Below, piece after piece: positions 10,577-20,761 of a DNA stretch of 64,000 nucleotides. The DNA lies in IMG/VR virus record IMGVR_UViG_3300032241_002567, positions 64,001 through 128,000 of that record, one strand, 5' to 3'. Positions within the stretch are counted from its first letter, which is position 1. The number at the start of each line of letters is the position of its first letter. The stretch is from a virus. The position numbers and the translations under genes are program-made. Under the pieces are notes generated by a model that was not told where the DNA came from, ran no database searches, and worked only from the letters and a program-made list of their open reading frames with translations.

Positions 10577-11328
10577 TAAGCCTTTTCTTCTTCTTTTTGT
10601 TCAGTTTCCTTCTTTTTAGAAGATTTTTTATTTTTTTCTTTTGATTTGTCAGCAGTTATTCCAAGAGCCGCCGCTTCTTTTCTACCCCATTCTTTACCTT
10701 CAATATAAACGCCTTCTTCAAATGTTGCAGCCCAATCTTGTATATCCTTATTCAAGGATTTGGCATTAGTATCATAATAAGATATTACTTTTGATATAAA
10801 ACCAATTTTTCTTAAAATTTCAGCAAACAAATAAGTATCAGATGTTAAACCTTTTGGTTTATATGTGGCTATTAGATGATAAATATATGTAATTTCAGTT
10901 GCATCCGCTGTATAAGTTTTTAACTCTGTATCATTTTTTGCGTCTTTATTAGTTTTAGATATTTCCCATTTACCCAACATATCAGTTAATTCTATAGCTA
11001 GAAATACTGTATTTACATCATATTCTAATTTAGAAATAAGAAGATTTGTTAAGAAATTATATTGCTTTCTATTTAAATAGAAAGTAAATTTCATACCTTT
11101 TAATTTTTGAACGTATTCTTTCCAAGCTGATTGCGCTGAATAATAAAGATTATCTTTCTCATGTTCACTTTTGCCTAAACCATGTTCGTTAGACATTAAA
11201 TTTTCCAACTGAGAGATTTTTGTGTCTAAAAAAATTTCATCCTCAAATGAAATGACTCTTAAATTTTGATTATTTTCAAATGTTGAAACTTCCGGTTTCA
11301 CTACATGTGTTTCAATTAAATTTTGCAT
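10576..11328 (-). CDS. Hypothetical protein
   Basis: 250-aa ORF with a Lys/Glu-rich tail. Confidence 0.7.
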   Translation of the reverse strand: MQNLIETHVVKPEVSTFENNQNLRVISFEDEIFLDTKISQLENLMSNEHGLGKSEHEKDNLYYSAQSAWKEYVQKLKGMKFTFYLNRKQYNFLTNLLISKLEYDVNTVFLAIELTDMLGKWEISKTNKDAKNDTELKTYTADATEITYIYHLIATYKPKGLTSDTYLFAEILRKIGFISKVISYYDTNAKSLNKDIQDWAATFEEGVYIEGKEWGRKEAAALGITADKSKEKNKKSSKKKETEQKEEEKA

Positions 11329-11372
11329 ATTTTTTTTATTTTTGTATTAACAATTTATTAATTTGTTTATTT

Positions 11373-11822
11373 TTAGCTTATAAAATCATTATCAAAATCT
11401 GTACTTACAGTCAATTCTTTTGATAAATCTGCTAATTGATTAGCTCTTGATATTTTTTCAATGCCCCATTTTTTGATTAATGAAGAAAATGTGCTAATAT
11501 CTGGTTTTATCAATTTAACTTTACCAGTTTCAATATTAAAAGATATTTTATCTATCTCTTGTTCAAAGAGAATATTTATAGATTCGTCATCAAATTTAAC
11601 CATTAATTCTTCATTTATAGAAACTAAAATATGTTTATTCAAAATATATTCATATTGATCTGATAATTTTGATATTTTACAAACTACTTTTTGAGATGAA
11701 TTTCCAATGAAATGAAATGATACATCATTTAATAATTTTTTCCTAACTATTTCCGAAAATGTATTAATTGTTTCTTCAGAAACTTCATAATACTTAACTA
11801 TGGCTTTTATTTCTTTACTCAT
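11373..11822 (-). CDS. Hypothetical protein, weakly like phage putative metallopeptidases (degenerate HE motif)
   Basis: ILFEQEIDKI...KLIKPDISTF; 149 aa. Confidence 0.5.
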   Translation of the reverse strand: MSKEIKAIVKYYEVSEETINTFSEIVRKKLLNDVSFHFIGNSSQKVVCKISKLSDQYEYILNKHILVSINEELMVKFDDESINILFEQEIDKISFNIETGKVKLIKPDISTFSSLIKKWGIEKISRANQLADLSKELTVSTDFDNDFIS

Positions 11823-11866
11823 AAATTTTTATTTTTTAATTATACTTATGATTTCTGAGAAGTTTA

Positions 11867-12301
11867 TTAATGTAATAGATATTTTATAATACAAGCAAGT
11901 AATAAACTTACAATAATATAAGGAATGCTTTTATAAAGATTCATATAAAGATTATTTGATTTAAATAGAGAAAATCCATAAATAATTAAATAACTATATT
12001 TATCAACCTTTTTAATATCATAAAAATCATATAATTCATTAAGTCCTTTTTGATTTAAAAATTTAGATAATTCATTAGTATAATCTTTAATAAAATTTTG
12101 TGATATAGAATTTATATCAGCTGTCCTCATACTAAAATTTTCACCAAAATTTTCTTCGGCTATATTAAGTACAGTGTACATTCTACTTGCTCTATCGATT
12201 CTTATTTTGAATTGAGCTTCCAGTTGAGTCTCAATTTCTTTAATCGTTTTCTTATAAAAGAAAAACAATTTAACTTTTTTCCAAAAAGATATATTTTTCA
12301 T
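11867..12301 (-). CDS. Hypothetical membrane-anchored protein
   Basis: C-terminal hydrophobic helix IPYIIVSLLLACIIKYLL; directly downstream of the tape-measure candidate. Confidence 0.65.
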   Translation of the reverse strand: MKNISFWKKVKLFFFYKKTIKEIETQLEAQFKIRIDRASRMYTVLNIAEENFGENFSMRTADINSISQNFIKDYTNELSKFLNQKGLNELYDFYDIKKVDKYSYLIIYGFSLFKSNNLYMNLYKSIPYIIVSLLLACIIKYLLH

Positions 12302-12332
12302 AAAAGTTTTTATTTCTATTTATTAAGAAAGT

Positions 12333-15221
12333 TTATCTTCCATGTGTTTTTCTTGACATTGTATCATGTTTTAATTCTGAAATAAGATTATCAAGTCCGG
12401 TTTTTAAACTTCTAATTGCTGCTGGTATTTGGTTAAGTGTAGCAAGATTATCGGTATTTGTTTTTATATTATTTAAAACTTCTAAAATTTCATTATTTTT
12501 ACCACCTTTTGTTGGCACATTAAGTGTTTTTGAAGCTGTTGTTTCACCACCTTCTTGTAACATATTAATAGTTTTAACAAATATTCCAGCTTTTTCTTCA
12601 AGAGCATCCATCATCTTTTCGAATTGATCAGAATCCATTAAAGACATTAAAACTATGCTACCAGACATCATGTTTAATGCATTTAATTTTTCTATATTAA
12701 TTTTATTCAATTCTGAATTGAGATTTTTTACACCTTTAGCTAATAAATTATAATCATCAGCTAATCGAGCAATCCCTGAAGATATACCCAATAATGAACC
12801 AAAATTAAAATCATCATCATATCCATTATCTTTTAAATATTTAATTATATCAACATAAGATTTTATGTTACCAGAAATACTTTCAACAAAATTTGATGGT
12901 ATTATTGTAGTAAAATTACCACCACTTAAAGATTCAGCTAAATCTACTATACCTCTACCAATTGCTTTTGGCATTCTTTCTAATGTATCAGTGCTAATAT
13001 CCTTTGCATTAACCATAGCATCAAGAGCGGGTTGGAAAGCAGATATTGCTTTACTTATTGAATCCGACCAATCTGATTTTGGTCCTCCTTTCCATATATC
13101 TCCTAGTTTTGGATCTCCGAGTAATTGTGCTGTAGAAACCAGAGCTTTTCCTATGCCATAAAACATATTTTCGATTTCTTCTGGTGTAATTTTATTAAAA
13201 AATCCACTTCTTTCTTTAAGCACATCAAATACAGGAGCAAAAGCACCAATTGCAGCGCCAACACCTGCAGACCAATCGGATGATGGATATGAACCTTTAA
13301 AGGTAACTTTATTTTCATTGAAAAATTCAGCAGCTTTTACTATTGCATTGCTAATTCCAACAATTATACCGTTATCGCCTGTAAAATCTTTTATATTTAA
13401 ACCGCCTTTAAATAATCCTAATATACCACCTTTATTTAAATTTTGAATTACGGGAGCAAAGGCTGATATTGCTAAACCCACACCTTCGGCCCATTTTTCC
13501 GTTGGACCATCTTTATAATTTCCATCTTTTAATTTTTTTGATACTTCAACTATTGAATCAGCAATAACAACCATTCCGATAGCACCGGCAGCTAAAATGC
13601 CAAGTCCCGCCCCAAAAGAACCAACTATAAATCCACCAAGCATCAACATATTTAAACCGAAAGCTGTAATAGAAAGTCCAACACCTTGTGCCCAATCTAA
13701 AGATGGATAATTTTTAAAATCAGCTTCTTCAAATATTTTAGCAACTCCCAAAATTGCCCCACTAATTAAAATGACACCTACAACACCTAATAAAAGAGCA
13801 CCAGCGCCAATTCCACTTGTCATTGCTGCTCCAATTAATATCATATTAAGTCCAAAAGCTAGTATTGATAATCCAGTTCCTATTGCCCAATCAATAGGTG
13901 GTTGATTGGTATAATTTCCCATTGCTATAAGATGTGAAGCACCAGCCATAGCTCCTGCAATTATTACGACTGCTAATCCTCCTAAAAATGCTTCTTCTGG
14001 TCCGACTCCCATTGATTTAAGTGCCCATATACCAAATCCAAGAGCAACTGTCATTACAGCTAAAGCTATTGATTGTAAAACTATATTAAATAATAATCCT
14101 TTATCAATATTAGCAACTTTTGTTAGTATCCATGAAGATGTCCAAATTGCACCTGCTAATAGGGGAATAATTAAAGTCATTAAAGCAACATCTTTAATGT
14201 TTGTATTTCTCACAGCATAAGATAAAACTATCAAAGGTAATGACATAGCTGTTAAGACTAATGCAATTTCAACAGCTGCTATAGATTTCTTTAAACTTAA
14301 AGGCACTATAAATTGTAAAGCTATTGAGGCACCAACCATCGCAATACTAAATGGTATTAATATTAGTGGTATTTTTATGATATCTTCAGATTTAATATTT
14401 TTTAAATTTTTAGCAATTGTGCCTATTGAATAACCAATTATAGCAAATGTTGCTGCAATAAAAATTGCAGTAAATCCTTTTCTAAAACTTAATGGAATTA
14501 TTGCTTGCATAACTACAGAAGCACCAGCAATAGATAAACCCATTACTAGCATTACAATTGGAATTTTAATTAAATCAACTAAATTAACATCCTTAACCCC
14601 CTTTGTTATTTTTTCTATACTAAATCCCATTAATGCAAATGTTCCTGAAATTAATATAGCTGTTAAACTCTGTGCAATACTTATTGGCACAATAGCACTC
14701 ATTATCCATGACGCAACTGTAATTGAAGATGCCATGGTGACTATTACAAAGAAAATATCTTTCATATCTTCCTTTTTAATCTTCATGTCCGCAATCAATT
14801 CAAAAGATTTAGCTATCAAAGGTAGTGCAATAGAAAGAGCAATTACAGATAAAAAATTAACTTGACCTATTAATTTAAAAGCCAAACCAATTGCTAAAAC
14901 ACCAGATGCTATCAGCAAAACTGTATTAACTCCATCTTTTATTTTGGATTTTTTATCACTCGCTGTTTCAAAAGTGCTTGGATTTTTCTTTTCTTTTGAA
15001 AGTCTTATTAAAGTCTCTTGATTTTTAAGAATTTGTGTAGTATCTTTTTTAATATCCTGAATGCCTTTGTTAATAGCGTCAATTTTCTTATCTAAATTAT
15101 TAATTTTTTGTATTAATTTACCAGCATCAGATTTCGCTCCTGTTTTATCTTTTACAGCCTCAGCAACTTTATCTAATGCTTTTGTTAGATCATTAAATGC
15201 TTCTAGTATTTTAGCGTCCAT
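12333..15221 (-). CDS. Tape-measure-like protein with many hydrophobic helices
   Basis: 962 aa, Ala/Gly/Ile-rich helical repeats, many TM-like segments, repeated P..DW..GVG.AI.AF motif; late promoter at 15227-15235. Confidence 0.55.
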   Translation of the reverse strand: MDAKILEAFNDLTKALDKVAEAVKDKTGAKSDAGKLIQKINNLDKKIDAINKGIQDIKKDTTQILKNQETLIRLSKEKKNPSTFETASDKKSKIKDGVNTVLLIASGVLAIGLAFKLIGQVNFLSVIALSIALPLIAKSFELIADMKIKKEDMKDIFFVIVTMASSITVASWIMSAIVPISIAQSLTAILISGTFALMGFSIEKITKGVKDVNLVDLIKIPIVMLVMGLSIAGASVVMQAIIPLSFRKGFTAIFIAATFAIIGYSIGTIAKNLKNIKSEDIIKIPLILIPFSIAMVGASIALQFIVPLSLKKSIAAVEIALVLTAMSLPLIVLSYAVRNTNIKDVALMTLIIPLLAGAIWTSSWILTKVANIDKGLLFNIVLQSIALAVMTVALGFGIWALKSMGVGPEEAFLGGLAVVIIAGAMAGASHLIAMGNYTNQPPIDWAIGTGLSILAFGLNMILIGAAMTSGIGAGALLLGVVGVILISGAILGVAKIFEEADFKNYPSLDWAQGVGLSITAFGLNMLMLGGFIVGSFGAGLGILAAGAIGMVVIADSIVEVSKKLKDGNYKDGPTEKWAEGVGLAISAFAPVIQNLNKGGILGLFKGGLNIKDFTGDNGIIVGISNAIVKAAEFFNENKVTFKGSYPSSDWSAGVGAAIGAFAPVFDVLKERSGFFNKITPEEIENMFYGIGKALVSTAQLLGDPKLGDIWKGGPKSDWSDSISKAISAFQPALDAMVNAKDISTDTLERMPKAIGRGIVDLAESLSGGNFTTIIPSNFVESISGNIKSYVDIIKYLKDNGYDDDFNFGSLLGISSGIARLADDYNLLAKGVKNLNSELNKINIEKLNALNMMSGSIVLMSLMDSDQFEKMMDALEEKAGIFVKTINMLQEGGETTASKTLNVPTKGGKNNEILEVLNNIKTNTDNLATLNQIPAAIRSLKTGLDNLISELKHDTMSRKTHGR

Positions 15222-15311
15222 ATTAGTATATATTAAATAAATAACTTCTTAGTGGTTTAAACATAACTTATTAAAATATTTTAATATATAAAGTATAAAA
15301 ATTAATCTGTA

Positions 15312-15746
15312 ATGATTAAAAAATGGTATAAATATTATGTTCTAAAAGAATCTGTAAAAGAGATAGAACTTAATAAAATTTTGGATAAAATATCCAAAGG
15401 CGAAAGTTTAACCATTAGAGAAGATAATTTTTTGAATCTTTATAATCAAACACAAGACGATGATTTAAATGATTATGCTTATCTTTCAAGAAATATAGCA
15501 ATATCTAAAGTTTCTGATTATTTAGAAAAAAAGAAAAAAATCTGGTGTGATTTGAACGATAGAGATGGTAAAATTGGAGATTTAATTATTAAAGTTTATA
15601 AATCAGAATACAAATTGATACTTAGGCACGGAGAATATATGATGAGTGATAATATGTTATACAACATAACTTATAATATTAAAAAGGATGAATATTCATT
15701 AACAACACAAGATGAATATTATGAAGAAATAAATGTAAATAAATGA
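15312..15746 (+). CDS. Hypothetical late protein
   Basis: TAATATATA at 15282-15290; LNKILDKIS..G.SLT..E..FL motif. Confidence 0.7.
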   Translation: MIKKWYKYYVLKESVKEIELNKILDKISKGESLTIREDNFLNLYNQTQDDDLNDYAYLSRNIAISKVSDYLEKKKKIWCDLNDRDGKIGDLIIKVYKSEYKLILRHGEYMMSDNMLYNITYNIKKDEYSLTTQDEYYEEINVNK

Positions 15747-16009
15747 AAATAAAGAAATTCCAACAATTTTTAGAATCTATCTCTGGCACAGAACTTATAG
15801 GCTCATTAGGTCCAGGTATTGGTAGTCAAAAATTGTCTAACACAATTACATCTAATGATACATCAGTTATTGCATCTGATATAACTGGGAAAATATATAC
15901 TTTTGATGATTATAATGATTTATATGAAGAATATTTAAAAAAAGGTGGCAAACCACTCAAAGATGGATTTATAAAATCTAATTTGGAAATTATTTTAACT
16001 AAACTATAA
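15743..16009 (+). CDS. Small putative virion internal protein
   Basis: N-terminal tag MKIKKFQQFLES; ATGA-coupled to the upstream late gene. Confidence 0.6.
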   Translation: MKIKKFQQFLESISGTELIGSLGPGIGSQKLSNTITSNDTSVIASDITGKIYTFDDYNDLYEEYLKKGGKPLKDGFIKSNLEIILTKL

Positions 16010-16025
16010 AACCATCAAAATAAAT

Positions 16026-16082
16026 AAACATCAAAATAAAAAAAAGCTTCCAATTTGGAAGCTTTTTTTTATTTTGATGTTT
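16026..16082. terminator. Long perfect palindromic bidirectional terminator
   Basis: 28-bp perfect arms (aaacatcaaaataaaaaaaagcttccaa) around a 1-nt centre. Confidence 0.85.
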
Positions 16083-19000
16083 TTATAGCGATTGAAATCC
16101 TCCCGCTTGAATTGCTCCTGTTTTAAGTACTGTAATATTATTTACAATAACTGACATTCCCTTAATCGGTTCTATATATGTGTCTAATACACCTATTTGA
16201 TTATCAATTAATGTAGTTGTATTATTCTCTGAATCACACTTGTTGAAGTAATTATATAAACCATTTTTATTAACAAATCCTGCACAAATAACATCAGCTC
16301 TTAATTTAATTTCAGCTCTAGTATCTTGTGTGTTAAATTGCCATTGATAATTTAATAACATATCAACTAAGGCATTTTCTAATTCAATAAGAACTTCTCT
16401 AACATGTAAAAAAGATAATGCTGATTTATAAAGTGTTAATGCTGTATTTTCTGTATCAATTATCCAACCTCTATTCTTTTTATAAATAATTGGATTCATT
16501 TGAGCACCGTTTAAATTATTTATATCAGTTGGTGAAAAATCCATTTCAACACCTGCAATTCCTTGTATTAATCCATTTTGCACGCCAGCCGCAATAGTCC
16601 AAGGAACAATTGAAGTTACATTTGTAGTAAATTTCCTCATATAAGTTGAAGCTACAAACATTGCTGGCGGAACACTTATCGGATTACCATTATCATTTAC
16701 AGTTAAATATGGAGTAAAATAACCTACACAAGTTGTACCTGCACCTTCACCAAAAGAATATAAGAAAGCTGGATTGTTATTTATATCTCCACCTTGTGCT
16801 ATTAATGCTGTATCTAAAACCTTAGTTCCATTTGATAGTGTGTTTGTAAAACTTGGTGAAGATGAATTTTTAAATTGTTTTAATGAAGGCATATTAATGA
16901 AACCTAAACAATTTAATCTACCACCACATATATCAACTAATTGTTGTTTTGAAAATTCTGTTAAACCAAGACCAAAAGAATCAACTAAATATCTAAAATC
17001 AATTGCATCTTTATTGATAAGAGCATTATATAAAGGTGTTCCTTTAGCAACTAAATTTAAAATATTATTTTGTGTTGCTTCTGTACCATCTGGAAGAGAA
17101 GCTTGACGAATTCTAAATCCTTGAAGTGGTATAGCTTTATAAGTAGTCACATAATTATCAAGAGATGAATATCTCATTGTTTGATAAGTAGTTGATGTAG
17201 GGCTTCCAACTGGGAATTTAAATATTGCCGCATCACATGTTATTAAGGATAATGTTGTATCTGCGCTATAAACTTTTTTAGAAATAATTCTTGTTAAATT
17301 TTTAGCTTGTTGTCCTACTTGTAAATCAGCAGAAGAATTATCTTGAAGTAAGAAATCTCCTACAGCTAAATTAGAATATCTACTAGAATTTATAAGTATT
17401 TGATTAGAAACTTGTGTATAACCACTAGGTACAACTATCTCAATTGTTTCTTGATAATTAGATTCATACGAATTAATATTAAATGTCCCATTAATTCCCC
17501 AATTATTAAATAATGAAGTATGATTACCTTGATAAGTATAAAGATCATTTCCAGTTATTTTAATTGTTAAATTATTATTTGAATTTATATTCATTGCTAA
17601 ATAATATTTAGTATCAGTGCTCCATATTCTATTAATATTATATAAAGTTTCAGATGTAACCGAATCAGAAACTAAATAAGTATAAGTATTTGATGTTGTA
17701 ATACCTAAAATAGTAGTATAATTATACCCTATAGGATGTGAACCATATGGATCTGTTTCAATTGTTAAGACTCCATTATTTAATACTGAATCTGGAACCA
17801 TTAGATTGAAATATGATACTCCTAAATTATTATTAAATGGATTACCACTTTGTGCACCCTGTATTGAGATAAAGTTTAAACCATTATAAACAGCTGATGA
17901 ACCAGTCAATCCAGATGTATTTATAAAATGTATTGTTGAGGCTGTATATGTTGCTGTTCCATTTGTTGAAAGAACATTTGCATAAAAATAATCACCTGTA
18001 TTAATTTCACCATTATAATAATCTTGATAAATAGTTGAATATTGTCCTGCTACACCATATGCACTTGCTCCAATTAGTGAATTGCTTGCTGGTAATGAAC
18101 TAGTAATAATTTCATTATCAGAAAGTATTAATTCATTATCACTTGCATAAATTAAAAATCCATTAGCACTATTAAATGTAGGTAAAACATAATTATAAAA
18201 TTGGGTACTTGTAAAGCCCATATTCGAAATAGTTATTGATTTGTTTAATGTATTATCAGTAACTGCACTTATAGACATATTAGCCATACTAAACTTTTGA
18301 TAAACACCTGTACTGTCAATAACAGTCATAATTGCTGCCTTTTCGATTTCAACGGATTCTAATAAAGTTCTTAAAGCATTGAATCTTTTAATTCTTCTAT
18401 ATTGTGTATAGTTTGATGTATCCGGAAATGCTGCTGAATTAGTAAAAGTTAATGTAATAGAATTTAATCCACTTGATGTAATAACATAATCTGTATTATA
18501 TTGCAAATCATTATAAGCAAAACTACCATTACTAGCTGAATTTGTACCAATTGTAATATTACTGTAACTTAGACCGACTATATTTCCACTATTTAAATTT
18601 AATTGCATATAACCTAAAACTATATCAGTAGTGGCTACTGTAGGATTTACACCAGGTGTTGTTGAAGTCACATTGGTAATTGCGCCGGTTGTATCTAATT
18701 TAATAGTGCTTATATAGGAATAAGTTCCTGAAGCTGATGCAAAATTTGTTGCTGGAACAGAAAACGTATAAACACCGCTATAAATATTCACTAAATTACC
18801 ACCAATAATTGCGTATGCTGATTGATTATTATAAACGTTATTTCCAGAGGCAACTGTGTAACTTACAGCAGCTGTAAGTGAACTAAAAGTTGAAGTATTA
18901 AAATAAACACCACTAACTCTTTCTTCTGCAAAAGTATTAGTTCTAATAGAACCACCATATCCATTATAAAAATCATAACTTGGTCCAGGATCTATTGAAT

Positions 19001-20063
19001 AAACATTACCTACTGTATCTAAATAAGTATTAGTATAACTATTTATAGTTACTAACTGTTGATTATAAGATAAAAAATCTATTGATTGCTGGTTTGAATC
19101 TAATAAACTATCGCTATTTATTAAGTTATTACCAAGTAAATCAATTGCTCCTGTTGGAAAATCTTGTTCTAATAAATCAGAATTAAAAGCGCAGAATAAA
19201 CCAGTAACTTGTGTGTCTTGATTTATAACATTTTCAATAAAAATATTTTGATTATTTTGATCTCTAAAATATGGAATAAAACTTAAACCTTGATAATATT
19301 TAAGTAAAGTAACATTTCTATCATTAATAAAATTTTGAACTTGTCCTTTTAATAAACCAGTTGAATCAAAATATTTAGACCAATTAGTATCAACTGATAG
19401 AGATTGATAATTTGACCAATCACCTGCTACTACTACTACATCTACCATGTAATCTGATACATAATCAGTTGGATAAACATATGACGGGATATTTGTAACT
19501 GAACCATACCATTGAGTCATAGTAACATCAAATCCAGTTGCGGTTGTTTTGAAAACAAATGCTGTTATATAAGATCCAGATACATTAGTAAAATTAAGAA
19601 GTCTTTTAGAATAATTTTCATTATTTGAAACTAATGATAAGAAAGAATCTGTGCTTAATTTCCAAAAACCAGTTGTGTCATAAAAAGCACTTAATGATCC
19701 AGTTTTAATAACATCATTAGAATTGTTAGTAGATGTTGATAAAGGTTCATATTGTATTTGATCTAAAATAGGATCTGTTTCTAGAAGGTTTAAAGCATAT
19801 ACTGGTGAAGATTGAATCATCTGAGCAATTGTTCTTTGAAAAAAAGAACCTTTTCTTTCTAATGTTCTATCAATACCACCGAAATAGTTTGTTAAATCTT
19901 GTGTTGTTTGAATAAGCACAGGAGTATTTATAGGACCAGTCTTAGAAACACCTATAACTAAATTTGTAATACCTTGAACTGTGTTACTAGATAATACGCT
20001 ATTGTCATATTCGTTTATAAAAATTCCTGGTCTTTTATAATTACTTATTATTACTGCTGGCAT
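16083..20063 (-). CDS. Contractile tail sheath protein (T4 gp18-like) with a large insertion
   Basis: N-terminal RPGIFINEYD..GPINTPVLI; C-terminal VPPA, PWTIAAG, MNPI, LHVREVL, CDSENNT..ID..IEPIKG. Confidence 0.9.
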   Translation of the reverse strand: MPAVIISNYKRPGIFINEYDNSVLSSNTVQGITNLVIGVSKTGPINTPVLIQTTQDLTNYFGGIDRTLERKGSFFQRTIAQMIQSSPVYALNLLETDPILDQIQYEPLSTSTNNSNDVIKTGSLSAFYDTTGFWKLSTDSFLSLVSNNENYSKRLLNFTNVSGSYITAFVFKTTATGFDVTMTQWYGSVTNIPSYVYPTDYVSDYMVDVVVVAGDWSNYQSLSVDTNWSKYFDSTGLLKGQVQNFINDRNVTLLKYYQGLSFIPYFRDQNNQNIFIENVINQDTQVTGLFCAFNSDLLEQDFPTGAIDLLGNNLINSDSLLDSNQQSIDFLSYNQQLVTINSYTNTYLDTVGNVYSIDPGPSYDFYNGYGGSIRTNTFAEERVSGVYFNTSTFSSLTAAVSYTVASGNNVYNNQSAYAIIGGNLVNIYSGVYTFSVPATNFASASGTYSYISTIKLDTTGAITNVTSTTPGVNPTVATTDIVLGYMQLNLNSGNIVGLSYSNITIGTNSASNGSFAYNDLQYNTDYVITSSGLNSITLTFTNSAAFPDTSNYTQYRRIKRFNALRTLLESVEIEKAAIMTVIDSTGVYQKFSMANMSISAVTDNTLNKSITISNMGFTSTQFYNYVLPTFNSANGFLIYASDNELILSDNEIITSSLPASNSLIGASAYGVAGQYSTIYQDYYNGEINTGDYFYANVLSTNGTATYTASTIHFINTSGLTGSSAVYNGLNFISIQGAQSGNPFNNNLGVSYFNLMVPDSVLNNGVLTIETDPYGSHPIGYNYTTILGITTSNTYTYLVSDSVTSETLYNINRIWSTDTKYYLAMNINSNNNLTIKITGNDLYTYQGNHTSLFNNWGINGTFNINSYESNYQETIEIVVPSGYTQVSNQILINSSRYSNLAVGDFLLQDNSSADLQVGQQAKNLTRIISKKVYSADTTLSLITCDAAIFKFPVGSPTSTTYQTMRYSSLDNYVTTYKAIPLQGFRIRQASLPDGTEATQNNILNLVAKGTPLYNALINKDAIDFRYLVDSFGLGLTEFSKQQLVDICGGRLNCLGFINMPSLKQFKNSSSPSFTNTLSNGTKVLDTALIAQGGDINNNPAFLYSFGEGAGTTCVGYFTPYLTVNDNGNPISVPPAMFVASTYMRKFTTNVTSIVPWTIAAGVQNGLIQGIAGVEMDFSPTDINNLNGAQMNPIIYKKNRGWIIDTENTALTLYKSALSFLHVREVLIELENALVDMLLNYQWQFNTQDTRAEIKLRADVICAGFVNKNGLYNYFNKCDSENNTTTLIDNQIGVLDTYIEPIKGMSVIVNNITVLKTGAIQAGGFQSL

Positions 20064-20090
20064 AATTGTATATTATTTTTATATTTATGT

Positions 20091-20099
20091 TATATATTA
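20091..20099 (-). promoter_or_regulatory. Late promoter TAATATATA (tail sheath)
   Basis: Exact copy of the motif found upstream of more than 20 genes here; preceded by aaaaatgattttaga, as at about 58358. Confidence 0.7.
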
Positions 20100-20140
20100 A
20101 TATCTAAAATCATTTTTTGTCGATTTTAATTTCCATTAGA

Positions 20141-20761
20141 TTATTGTTTTAGATTTTGAATCCTCTTCTTAGCCTCTTCTAATTCTTTTTTCTTTAAATC
20201 TAATTCTTTTTTAGCTTGTATCTTAAGATTAGCGGCATTAGAATTTGCATCTTTCATTTTATTTTCTTGATCTTTTATATCATTTTGTGCTGTTTGAATA
20301 TCATTTCTAGTAACTTGACTATCTCCTTGATTTTGTTGTAAATCTTTTTGTTTTTCTTCTAAATCTTTTTGTTTTTGTTGTAAAGTTTCCTCAGATTTTT
20401 TAACATTTCTTTCTTGTTCTAATTCTTCGGCATATTTAGCAAAAAGAGGATTAGATGGAGTATTAGGATCATCTTTTTGATCTGGATTTTTCCAAAGTAT
20501 TTGTCCTTTAGTTTTAGAAGTTGGGTGTTTAAGAAACTTTGCTGCTAATAATTTATTATATAAATCTTGTGCTATACCTGTTTCAGATGGTTTTTCATCA
20601 TCGATATAAGTATCGTATATTTGTTTTAATTTAGCTTTATATTTATCAAATTGCTTTTTATTCATTTCAGATTGATTAAAAAGAGTCATGTCTGCCTTTA
20701 TATCTAAAGGTACTTGCTCTTTATCTAAATCAAAATTTTCGTATGTTTTTAAATATTTCAT
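20141..20761 (-). CDS. Putative virion internal protein with a coiled coil
   Basis: Tag MKYLKTYENF; long Q/K/E coiled-coil C-terminus. Confidence 0.65.
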   Translation of the reverse strand: MKYLKTYENFDLDKEQVPLDIKADMTLFNQSEMNKKQFDKYKAKLKQIYDTYIDDEKPSETGIAQDLYNKLLAAKFLKHPTSKTKGQILWKNPDQKDDPNTPSNPLFAKYAEELEQERNVKKSEETLQQKQKDLEEKQKDLQQNQGDSQVTRNDIQTAQNDIKDQENKMKDANSNAANLKIQAKKELDLKKKELEEAKKRIQNLKQ

